Assembly (NCBI GenBank): GCA_015680685.1
Contig: MNCI01001868.1
Location: 21,621 to 85,620, forward strand
Origin: Gnetum montanum
Lineage: Eukaryota > Plantae > Gnetophyta
Length of the DNA: 64,000 nt
Reading direction: 5' to 3'
Shown: piece by piece, positions 52,691 through 64,000 of the stretch
Position numbering within the stretch: position 1 is the stretch's first letter
How the letters are laid out: the number at the start of each line of letters is the position of its first letter
Translations under genes and position numbers: made by a program
The notes under the pieces: generated by a model
Databases searched by the model: none
What the model was told of the DNA's origin: nothing
The model's input: only the letters and a program-made list of their open reading frames with translations

Positions 52691-55509
52691 GGTGGTGGGG
52701 GGTCATCGGTCGTCGGGGGGGGGGGGCCCCCCAGTCTCCAATTTCTGTTTTGAGTTTGCTGAGTTTTGCTGTTTCTTCCGGGGGGGGGCCCCCCCCCCCC
52801 CCCCCCCGCCCGGTGGGGCCGCCGCTGGCGACCCTGGTTGTAATCTTATGTAACATAATTTGATCTTTCATAATAGAATCCCGAATACTTTCTCAAAAAA
52901 AAAAAAGATATTTCATAATTCAATTTTTGCTAGATCTTAGGTTCAATTCCTCTTGATAATTACAAAACATTCTAGAATAATATTTATCTCTTTATCATTC
53001 AGAATTGTCATAAGATGCATGGAAAGAGTTTTCAAATAGATTCATGATAAGGGCAGTTCAAGATACATAATCAAATAAGGCACCTTCTTTTTCAGGTCAT
53101 CAGCGATGTGAATTTTCCCATCGTCTTACGAGCCTTGAAAGGTCATCACGTGACCTTTCTACAGCAATGGAGAGGGTACTTATACTTTAATATTTTAAAC
53201 TAAAAAGAGCAATGCATCACATTTAGATAAAATAAAATATAAAGCTACAGTATTTGCAAACAATATCCCTAATTCATGAGTCGGGTTCCTCCAACTTGAT
53301 TCATAGGTCAAGTTCCTCAATATGAGCATTCTTTTGCATCTCAACATACCTGTTTTAGCTCTTGAGGCACACCTTAGAGCATTGTCCTCTGTTTTTCTTT
53401 TGTTTCTCAGCATCTCTATTGAAATAGAACAGAAAATATTTTGTTTTCCCATATATTATTTATTATTACTATTTTAAAACATTCCTAGTATGTATATTAA
53501 ATCATATTTCTTATGCATAAAGTATTTAAACATTGAATCATAATACATATAAAAATTTGGTCAACAAATTTATTACTATTCCAATTAGCCATTTCCACCA
53601 TAGTCCAAATAGAGCACACACACAAGTTGTCAACAAAACATGCACACAAACACACAGAAAGACTATTACAATTGTTAACACAAAAACTCAAGGAGAAGTG
53701 GTTCATTACAAGTTCACTCCACAAGGTCATCTGATGAATCCCAAGTTCAACATACATAACACTTGCTAGATCTAAACCAAAGCCTTCACAATGCTCTACA
53801 AATTATCAAGAAATCGTTGTTAAACTTCCCCCTACTACTGCTCATCCTGGATCTTCTTTGCTTGTTGTCTTTTGGCCTCCTACTATGTCAAACGCTCCTC
53901 TCAATGTCTATCCTGTTCTTCATCCCAAAGAATCTCCTACTGCCTTAGTTTCTCCTCCCACCTAATACGCTCCTGCTCAGCCTCTTCCTCAAGTTGGTGT
54001 TGAACCTGCTTGCAAATCTAATCCAGCTCAATCTGCTGACAACGTTGAGCCTCCCATTTCAGATGCAACTCAATATCTCCTGTGGCCCTTACAATCTCCT
54101 CTGCCACCGTAGCATCCACCTCCTTGATGACTTCCTCAAGCTCTCTGAGCCAAACTTCTAACCTGGACTGAAACTCTGTTTGTAATTCCTCCCAGACCTA
54201 TGGAGAAATTTGGCTCCTTAAGCAGTCCTCAATCCTTGGGGAAGCTCTATGTAACACCTCATTCTAGAAACATTGAACTAACTCCTAAAGCCCCCGAAAT
54301 GTTGCCTGAAATGCAAGGCTGAAATTTTTTTTCAAATGTTAATCAATCAACAAAAATCCAATCTTCCATTCAGACCAGCATAGACAACAGTCAGCTCAAC
54401 GTAAAAAGACTAGAGCATAACATAGAAAATTATATGACACAAACAGTAGCCCTGGGATCTAGCAAGAAGAGAATGCCAATATGACGATTGACATCTCTTA
54501 AGATACACTAAGCATCCAGGGTACAATACAGCATCAAAACAACTAAATTTGAAATCATATTATTCATAGCTATCCAACTCAGCAACAAGCCAATAAACTC
54601 TACCAATTCACCTTAGCAATTTTAAATTATGCACAGTCGACATAATCAGCCATATGGAAGGTGAAACTATAGGAAAGCACCATATCCATGAGCCTAAAAA
54701 ATTGCAAAGTGGAATACAATAATAGTATAGCAACTGAGAAACCATCTCCCTATCTATTCACTATATCATAAATGATGACACAATATTCACAGTTCAGCAA
54801 GTACAAAAATTAGAAACCAAACTGTACACATTGATGATCTTGCTTAAATGAATAATTGGCCAACAAGAAGAATAATCACATGAAATAATAATTCATGAAT
54901 CAGATTAATAAAAATCTAACAGACAATCAAGGCAACCACAACTAGCAACAACAAACAAACTACAATGTATAATGATATCAAATAAGTGGCCAACACAGTC
55001 TGATATTAGTACACGTATATCATGTGTAGGTGTTAGAGAGAATCCAATGCTAGCTACGTTGGTTTCTTGCTTGCAGTAGTGATACAAAACCTTAAATTTC
55101 TGTACAAAATATAATTTAGGCAAAAGCTAAAGATCCATAATAGAAGATTGTATTCCAATTCTTCCAACAAATTGTGTACATCTCAGATTTTGGTTTCAAC
55201 CGATGCCAATTTCCTGAAATAAAAGATGAATATAAAAAGAAAAAATCTGCTGTAAAAATCTTATGCAAGATTCTTCTGATACAGTGCACAAATCTGATTT
55301 TCTTTTATTCACAAATCAAATTCTAATTTTCTTGAACCATAAAAGAAATATCTCTGAATACAATTCATCAACTAATTTGCTCAACCTAACTGTTGCCCAC
55401 AAGAAACATAAGAAACAATAATTACAAATCATAGGTATAACGATACGCAAATCACAAGTGCATGGTTAACAAATCACGCAGTATAACTTGTGCATGGTTA
55501 ACAAATCCA

Positions 55510-58500
55510 AGTGCATGGTTAACAAATCATGGCTGGGTGAGCTTGTGCAGTCTATCTGGTCAAGGTATAACGATACGCAGGAACCATGTGATTTCCTCAA
55601 AAACAGCCTCCAGACACTCAAACGTCAAATTAAGGCCCTAGCCGCAAAGGACAGGTACAACTTCAAGGGGTATAGGACACAACTGCAATCACACCTACAG
55701 GACATCCAGAACCAACAAGAGTGTGGCACCAATTTCGCTCAAGAGGAACTCGCCCTCTTAGTGGAGCTGCAGACCTTAGACTAGGAAGAGGAGGAATACT
55801 AGCGTCAAAGAGCTCAGATACAATGGCTCAAGGCTGGCGACAGACATACGAAATTCTTCTTTGCCGCTGCTAAGGCACACCGGGGGACCCGCCACCAATT
55901 GCAACGCTTGATTCACGACCTGGGTAATGGGGAACAACGTAAATCATCTTATGGCCCGGACACCCTGCTGCACTACTGGCAGCAGGTCTAGAAATGGCAA
56001 AACACGGACCCCATCTCCCTCTCCATCCCGCATATCCTCACCCCATCCGACAACCAGTGCCTCATGCAACCTTTCTCCCGCGCCGAACTCCATGCCACTA
56101 TGCAGGCCATGTCGGCAGATAAAGCCCTAGGACCGGATGGGCCCGCGCCGAACTCCATGCCACTATGCAAGCCATGTCGGCGGATAAAGCCCTAGGACCG
56201 GATGGGTGGCCCATTGAATTCTTCCGCGAATTCAAAGACTTGATTGGGCAAAATCTGCTTGATGCCTTTAACTGGATGCTGGCCTGGCAACAGGTTCGTA
56301 AGGAAATCAACTGCTCCCGCGTGGTCCTGCTTCCGAAGACGGCCAACCCCACATCTCCAGGACATTTCTGCCCCATTGGAGTTTGTAACTCCATCCTAAG
56401 ACTTTTCTCGCAGATGGTGCTTGCCAGGATGGTGCCCCTCATGCCACGCTTGGTCGGGCAGCACCAGGCTGGGTTCGTCAAAGGCCGTCATCTCCAAGAT
56501 CAAGTGCTGCTCCTACAGGAAATCCAGCACTCTCTCAAAATCGCCAAATTCCCCAAACTTTGCATCAAATTAGACATCACAAAAGCTTATGACTTCGTAA
56601 GCTGGACCGCCCTCAAGACTGTAATGCAAGCAAAAGGGTTTACGAAACCTTTTGTGGACTTGTGCCTCCAAATTCAAAAGGGAGGACGTTATTCGCTAAA
56701 CATTGACGGCCACCTCTGGGGCTTCCAAGGCACGGGTTGCAGGCTGCGCCAAGGAGACCCCCTGTCCCCGCTCCTGTTTCTCCTGGTGATGGACCTCCTA
56801 CACACATACTGCGCGGAGGAAGGCGTGCATGGTCTGGACATCCACGGAATCATATGGTTAACCGCCCACTACGCTGACGATACAATGATCTTCACCCGTG
56901 CCGCCATGCCCCAAGCTCGGGCGCTCTTGCGGGCAATGGACAGGATGAAGTGGGAAGTGGGGTTGACCACCAACACAGGCAAGTCTGCGATATACCTAAC
57001 CCATACCCATCCCAGTGTCTGCACTAAGATCATCTAGATCTTGGGGATTCTCCTAGGGAGCGAGGAGGACACGTACCTGGGAATGCCAATGCACAACTGG
57101 CACAAACAGCGAACCTGGCAGGCGCTCATAATGAAACTTCAAACACACACAACTCACTGGGCGAACAAGTTCCTGTCTTGCAAAGGGAAGATCATACTGG
57201 CAACTACTGTGCTGGCGACCATGGCAAGATTCGCCGCCTCCATGGCCACACCACCATCTGGTGTCATGCAGCACACTGACACGCTCACTCATGATTTCGT
57301 GTGGTCTTGGGGTAAGGGCGGACAGAAGATGCAACTGGTTTCTTGGGAGAAGACCACACACCCCCGCCAAGTGGGAGGTGTCAGCATCCTTCAATTTGCC
57401 GTCGAGGCTGCCTTGGGCAAGCAGCGGCTTCTCCACAGAATCTCCAGGCAATCCAACTACCCCCCCCCCCCCCCCGGTGGGTGCAACTCCTAGTACGGAA
57501 ATACCGACCCTGGGAGGCTACCGCGTCTAACTCCTTGGTCTAGCACCAACTCTATGCGCATGTCCACACCCTCACCCATGAAGACGAGACCGCATTGCAC
57601 CCCCGTGAATTGCTCAAACGCCAATTCCCGGAGGATCCTCGTTGGAAGCGCCTATGGAAAGGCCGCCTATTGGAAAAAATTAAGGCTTTTGGGTGGCTAG
57701 TCTTGAACAAGGTGCTTCCCGTACAGACGCGTTTGCAAGCACATGGCATGCATATTAACACCATCTGCCCGATGTGCAATCAACGCGATGAGACGCACCA
57801 ACACTTCGTGCATGAGTGCCACGTCGCTAGGAACTTCTAGAGTACGGCCAGCCTCCCCCTGCTCGAATGTTACGGCAATTCACAGACACTTGCAGCCTTA
57901 TGGACCATCTGGCATGCCAGGAACGATCGAGTCTTCAAAGGGACAGCTATCCCCTCGCCTGCCGCGCTGGCTCACCAGTTCAGAAGATAGTGGGACGAAA
58001 TTACTGCACTAATGGGACCGCGTGCCTGTCTCGAGCCGCCAACTACCGACATTCAAAAACAAACTGATCTCTGGCATATGGTTTCGCGGATGGGTTGGAC
58101 TACCTTGCTCCAATGCATCGCAGCAGACTCGAAGATGGACGTCCAACCATTCTATGCAAACTGGAACAGGGAGTACACGGTGTTTCGCATACGCCAAATC
58201 CAAGTTACGGTTGACGCTTTGGCTGAGGCCATTGGTGCCCCCGCAACGGGGGACCTAATTCCCCCTGTGGCTCGGTCCCAGGCGGATGCCATCAAGTTCT
58301 TCCAGGGCTCCATCCCCTGGACGACCAACGGCCACATCCGGGGGTTGGCCCTCTCGCCAACCTGGCGGGCCGTGGTCGCGATGGTGGAGCGTTACTTCAT
58401 TCAGTCGGGTTCCCACCACAGACTCAACGGGGTGCACTTCATGTTTCTCAAGCACATACGTGTCGAGACTCCTATTAACCTCCCCCACTTCCTCTGGGAG

Positions 58501-59244
58501 TCTCTACAACGACGCCGGCCTGGCTGACACCTAGGGGTGATCTGTGCTCTTTGGCGGTTTGGCACTCTGGTTCCACTGCTCAAGCCTACGCTGGTGTATC
58601 AAAGGCGGAGGGGGAGCAGAGGCCATCCGGCGGGGGGTGACGTGGTCTCGGCTGAGCCTACGGCCGTGTCCTCCCAGGACCTTGCAGGTGGGGGTTGCGT
58701 GCAAGGCAGGCCAGCCCAGGCCCCGCTACAGGATTCGTGGGCTACGGATACCGACCCCAGAGCGATCACAACTGGGTAGGCGAGCAATGACAAGGGGCTA
58801 GTTCGGGTTGTTGGGGGAGCGCTCTCTAGGAAACAGACCCTGCCCCCACACTCTCACAGCCAGATGCTGCAATGGATTGAGAGCCTCATCAACGACCACA
58901 TGACAAGTATTGCCCAGCTAATTGAAGAGAATCGCCATCGCCTAGCTGCTGGCCCAAGCACATAGTTCCCGGACCTCCAAACCCTCGAGGAGAGTTGGAG
59001 CTCTAACCATGACCACCCCAAAAGCCCCTAACGTGGGGTGGGGCACTGGGGCATGCCCAGCTCAGTCCGAAATACTATTTCAAGGTCCAGGGTTGGGACC
59101 TTTAACCCGCTAACGGGAATGCCCTGATGCGGTCGAGACTCACAAGGGGCCCAGGGGTTTGGGTCCCATTGTCAATGTGGGGTCAGCTGCCCTGGCCTAC
59201 GCTATACCTTTGTATAGTCGTTCTTTTTGGGAATAAATTTCACT
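55510..59244 (+). mobile_element. LINE copy G: 5'-truncated ORF2 (RT, zf-RVT, PF20167-like), divergent tail without a J-domain
   Basis: RT 56165-57037 ([24 protein letters not shown]); zf-RVT CPMC...HFVHEC; extra domain 58012-58527; ends ...AATAAATTTCACTC with no A-tail. Confidence 0.92.
56077..56206. repeat. 65-bp tandem duplication in LINE G ORF2
   Basis: CCCGCGCCGAACTCC...GGACCGGATGGG at 56077-56141 and 56142-56206, with 2 mismatches. Confidence 0.85.
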
Positions 59245-62200
59245 CGACAAATTTACATTGTCGATGGAGCACATGGCTTTTGCTCAATTCTGTGTTTGGC
59301 GAGCCTTGTCATCCAAGGACCTAGTCAAAGAAGTTGTGCTTGAATTACTAGGGGGCAAGGAATAGCTCTGGGCAGAATTTGAAAACTTGGAGGAGGAGAA
59401 GCTGGCGAAGATAATCACGCTTGCCAAGAAGGGATGCTCCCTATGCGGGAAAAATGGCCATAGCAAGGTTGAGTACCGATTTTAGGGGTAGGGATGGAGG
59501 CAAGCCAAGGTGCCTACGCAACATCCCATGATCGATCCCAAAGGCGAGGAATGGCCCCTGGCGGGGCAATGGGGCCAGGTGCCATTGACTATTGACCCTC
59601 GTGTGCCCAAGGTGGTGCCTGCAAGGGAGCACAGCATCTCTCGCTACCCTGCCTTCAGTCATAGCCACAAAAGTGAGGGTCGAGCTCCCCCTGTTGGGTG
59701 AGTGGGTTAATGTGGCTTGGGGGAGTTCTAGGCCACAGATGCCAGTTTCAACTCCTCTGCTTATGGAAGATTCTGGTAGTTTTCCGGTATCGTCAAAGGT
59801 GGGTAGGCTGGGTTGCCCATCCGATCTACTTTAGCGGGACAAACAGACAAGGAGGAGTATCAACTTGGGAATATAGCAAACCCTAAAAGAGGTCTACCAG
59901 TGATGATCCACCAATAAAGCATGAAGATCCTCTTACGGAACTATAGGGGACAAGGCATGCCCTATAAAAGAAATACCTTGTGGGAGATTGTGCATAGTGA
60001 GGAATGTGACATTGTTTGCATGCAAGAAACTAGGCTACAGGCTTCAGAAACATTCCACCTGCGATGGGTGGGTTGGAATCTGCACCTAAGGCTGTGTCAG
60101 GGGCATCACAATGGAGCATTACCATATATGTGCTGTCCCAAAGCCTTTCGTTGACGAATTTCTATGGGGCCCAAGCCTAGGAGCTTCGGTTGCAAGAGCT
60201 GGAGAGGGTAGCAGTGTTGATTCCAAATCAACAGACTTGGCTCATTTGTGGATGATTTCAATCAACGGTTGTACCCCTGGGAAAAGTCGGGAGGGGACTG
60301 CACCAATCCTCAAGGGGCCTAGGAGTTTCAAAACTTTTTGGTGTCGCACTCACTAGTTGACTTCGAGATTGCGAATTGTCAATTTACATGGAGTAATAAG
60401 TGTAGGGGGGCCGAACGGGTTTTCTCTAGGATCGATTGGGTTTGGGTCAGCTCGGAGCTTCTGTCAATTAGACGTACAAGTTTCCGATAAAGAGCAGAAG
60501 GCTTCAAATCACAAGTCAATCCCCAGAATCGGTTGCCTCGATCCTTCAGGTTCGAAGTTTCATGGCTGATCAAGCCATGGTTGCACCCTTTGGTAGAATC
60601 TGGGCAGATTATCAAGGGGATAGGTAGGACCCTCAAAACTTTTTGCAAGATGGGCCTCCTCTACTTGAAGTGGGCTATCCGATCACAAGTCATGCAATAT
60701 AAATTCTCTTTCCGTTTTGGACACCAAGACCTCCAATCCTGGCTGAATTCAATTCAAGCTCGGCAAGAGTCAGGAGGGGACCTGCAGGATGAGGAAGCAC
60801 GGGTCTTTGAGCAATTGCAAGCACTAGACTTGGAAGAGAAAACTTATTTGCAGTAGCAGTCGCAAGTCAAATGGCTTAGGGAAGGTGACCAACAAACAAG
60901 ATTCTTCTTTGCGACTACTAAATCTAGACGACTACACAAGCACCACCTTAGTATGACGATTGACGAATCCCTGGTGGATGATCCTAAAAAGGTCGCTCGG
61001 ATACTAGTTGACTATTGGGGCATGATTTGGGCAAAGCAAACTACATCACCGATATTGGTGCAGGACCCACAGGTGTTGGATGAAGGGGACAATGCTCATC
61101 TGTTGGGCTCATTCACTCTGCAAGAGTTAACGATGGCTATCTATGCTTTTGTGGGGGGGGGGGGGGGGGGGGGAGGGGAGCAAGTCACTTGGGCCAGATG
61201 GTTGGAAAGTCAAATTCTTTAAGGAGTTTATTGATATAGTGGGGCCCAATGTGCTCAATGCATTCAACCTAATGTTGGCTAGATGCCAGGTACGCCGAGA
61301 GATTAATTGCTCTAGAATTGTCTGCATCCCCAATTGGGCTAACGCTTCCTCCCTTGCTCATTTCAGACCCATTGGGGTCTATAACATTTTGATCAGAATC
61401 TTCTCTAAGATGATCATCCATCGATTGGTCCCCATCATGCCCAAAGTTGTCAACGATAACCAAACAGGGTTTGTTCAAGGGCGTTTCTTGCAGGACCAAG
61501 TGATACTTATGCAAGAAATTTTGCATTCCCTACACATCTCGAAATTCCCTGGACTGTGTCTAAAACTGGACATTACAAAGGTGTATGATACCATCAATTG
61601 GGAGGCCATTGCTAACATTATGTTACAGAAGGGCTTCGATCCTGCATTCGTGCACCTATGCATCCAAATGTAGGAGTTGGCCGCTTTGTCCTCTGATGTG
61701 GGGGATTGGCTATGGGGATTTTCCTCCCCCGGTAGGGGGTTAAGGCAAGGGGACCCCTTGTCACCATTGCTTTTTATCATCACCATGGACCTCTTAAAAT
61801 ACTATTGCAAGGTTGCAAGGGTGCAGGGGCTGGAAATCATGGGGGTGAAGTGCTTGGTCAAGCACTACATGGATGACACGTTGCTTCATGGTTGGGCTAG
61901 GGTGCCCCAAGCACTTACCTCTATGGTGGAGGATATTGACGTAGTGATCAATCGGGAGAAGTCCTTGGCCCACTTTATCAATGTGGACTCAAAAATAAGG
62001 AGTCAGATCACACAGGTGCTGGGGATTCTCCCAGGATCCTCCTAGGATTCATACCTTGGGATCCCACTATTTGCATGGGGGCAACAAGCTTCATGGATTG
62101 ATGTGCTTTGGAAAATTGAGGGTTGGGTGGGCCATTGGGTTAACCGGTTTCTATCTAGGAAGGGGAGACTTTTGTTGGCATCGGGGGTGCTTTCGATGAT

Positions 62201-64000
62201 GGCATGTTTTGTGGTTGTTGTGGCTAACCCCCCTACCTCACGCCGTAATTCAGAATATCAACTAGCTAATTCGAAATTTCATATGGTTGAGGGGTAGAGG
62301 GGGAAGTAAATTGCATTTAGTCAAATGGGATAAGATTGCCTACCCTTGGGAGGCAAGGGGCCTCAGCATTTTCAAATTTGAAGACAAATTATGATGGGAA
62401 GACAAATTATAGGGTTTCCCAGGCTCAAAGCATGTGGAAAGAGATCAAGGCGGCAATGGGTGTCACGCCAACATACAAGCCTAACTACACCACGTTCCAG
62501 GTAGAGGAAGAGCTTTGACAAATGGTGGAACAGTGCAGCTGGAGTGGTGCCCTGCAACGGCTAGTTGGTGACCCGGACCTATCAGATGACACTTTCTTCA
62601 CCAATTGGCACAACGATCGAACCTACTTTCGGGGGGGGGGGAGGAGAGAGAGAGATCATCATCACATAAGCTTCGATTGCCAGGTGTCTGGGGGCCCAGC
62701 CCGATGACGAAGTCATCTTACCATCTGCGAGCACACTACAGGACGCAAAACTATTCTTCAATGGGCCAGTGCCACGCACGCAGAGCAAACAAGTGCCCAG
62801 ATCCTCCCTGCCCTGAATTTGGGCCCAGGCGGTGAATCTCGTGGACAGATATTTTATCCAGTCTGGCAACGAATCTAAACTCCAAGGCATCCACTTCGCC
62901 TTCCTCAAATGCCTTAAGTTAGGACATAGGGTTCACTTGCCTCGGTTTTTTCTGACGACCCTACAACTACAGAGGCGAGGCCGTCACTCAAGGCTCATCC
63001 TAGCCCTATGGCGGGGGGCAGCGAGGGGCAAAACTCATCGAAGTCGCAGAGTGCACCCCCCCCCCATCGGGGAGGTCCCTCACCTAGTCCATCTTCTTCG
63101 GCCAGCCAAGAAAGCCTCTGGACCCAGCCAATGTGGAAAAGACGCAGCCAACAAGGACGGAGACCCCCAAACCCCACGGCGGAGCCGAAGACGTGGTCGC
63201 CCGAAACCTCGAGGCGCAACGAAAGCAGGGACAAGGAGCTACAGCAAGTGGCACAGGAGGCCGTAGCCACGGCATGTGATGCTAAGTGTTGGGAATGGGA
63301 GGCACAATGGTAGGAAGCCCTTGCGTAGGCCCAGGCCGAGCTGGAAACCCAGTTCCAGGAAAGGGAACATGAGAGAGTTAGACAACAAACCCTCCTAGCC
63401 AATGCAGCCTGGGCCAGGCTAGTGGACAAGATTCGGGCCCAAGTGAGAGACAAATTACTTCAGGAGGAAATTGCCCGAAGGGAGCACGAGGAGGTTGAAT
63501 GAGCTCAGCGCGAGCGAGAACAAGAGGAAGAGACACTGAGGTAGCGCCAGCTGGACCGAGCACACGAACATAGTGTGCGCCAATGGCTGAGGGCTGGACA
63601 GTGTCCATACCTCATCCTTGGCATCAATTGTGACAGCACTTGGGGGGAACTCAGGCGCCACATCCGTCGAACCTCGGCATGTTTCCATCTAGATGGGGGG
63701 ACGTCGACGACGGATAGGAATCAACGGGAATTGGCCATGCAAGGAATCCAGCAAGCCGCCAGTTTTGTGGACACGGAGCTCCACCGTAACACGCTGGACA
63801 TCCTTCATGCACTGGAGCGGCCACACTGTGCCTGCCATAGGCTACCAATGAGCCCATAGTGGGGTTGCAGTTTTCGGCCCCCCCCACCTCCCTCTTTCCT
63901 AGGGTTGAGTTGCCCCCTATTGTTTTTGGCTTTCAGCGTCTTGAGGTAACAGTTTTGGCATGTTGATTTTGGGTTGTAACCACACCCCACATGGGCCAAC
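59245..64000 (+). mobile_element. LINE copy H: 3' part of ORF1 + ORF2 with J-domain remnant (HLD); 3' end beyond the window
   Basis: ORF1 tail (FCVW, CSLCGKNGH), ATGA at 59921-59924, APE, RT ([15 protein letters not shown]), zf-RVT deleted at about 62390, PF20167-like domain, coiled coil, J-domain CPYLILGIN...HLDG at 63602-63697, stop at 63859. Confidence 0.92.

Larger units (their letters stand above)
46841..52906 (+). mobile_element. LINE copy F: young, essentially full-length (ORF1, ORF2 with J-domain, 3' UTR, poly-A); several N gaps and point stops
   Basis: ORF1 at about 46855-48414 (CARCGKPGHQVAAC); ATGA at 48411-48414; APE (GDFN, RIDR, SDH), RT (HYADDT), zf-RVT, PF20167-like domain, coiled coil, J-domain, TAA at 52690, then CTTTCTC(A)12. 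Confidence 0.95.

Noticed and set aside
53500-54330. C-rich stretch that may be a decayed TE ORF
   Set aside because: No identifiable domain, termini or TSD.

Overview
Land-plant nuclear genomic DNA from a draft assembly with many N gaps. It holds two host genes in convergent orientation. One is a single-exon DUF3339 small membrane protein gene (+, 2490-2699). The other is the 3' three-quarters of ALG12/EBS4 (Dol-P-Man alpha-1,6-mannosyltransferase) on the minus strand: I traced 14 GT-AG exons from 34906 down to the stop at 5958 (379 aa), and its 5' exons were not found in the window. The ALG12 introns and the 29 kb upstream of the most 5' exon found are filled with retroelements: about 8 copies of one L1-clade LINE lineage of different ages (mostly antisense to ALG12), a nested Ty3/gypsy element, a solo LTR with a perfect TSD, and RTE remnants. 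The main novelty is the LINE ORF2 architecture. After APE endonuclease, RT and zf-RVT there is no RNase H. Instead the frame continues into a domain resembling the 'putative plant transposon protein' (PF20167/Athila-ORF1-like) of LTR-element extra ORFs, then a coiled coil, then a C-terminal DnaJ-type J-domain. That J-domain has an intact HPD motif in 2 copies and a decayed one in 4, which suggests a retrotransposon encoding its own Hsp70 co-chaperone module. ORF1 and ORF2 are joined by an ATGA stop/start overlap in all 5 copies where the junction is present. All domain calls come from manual motif recognition; no searches were run.
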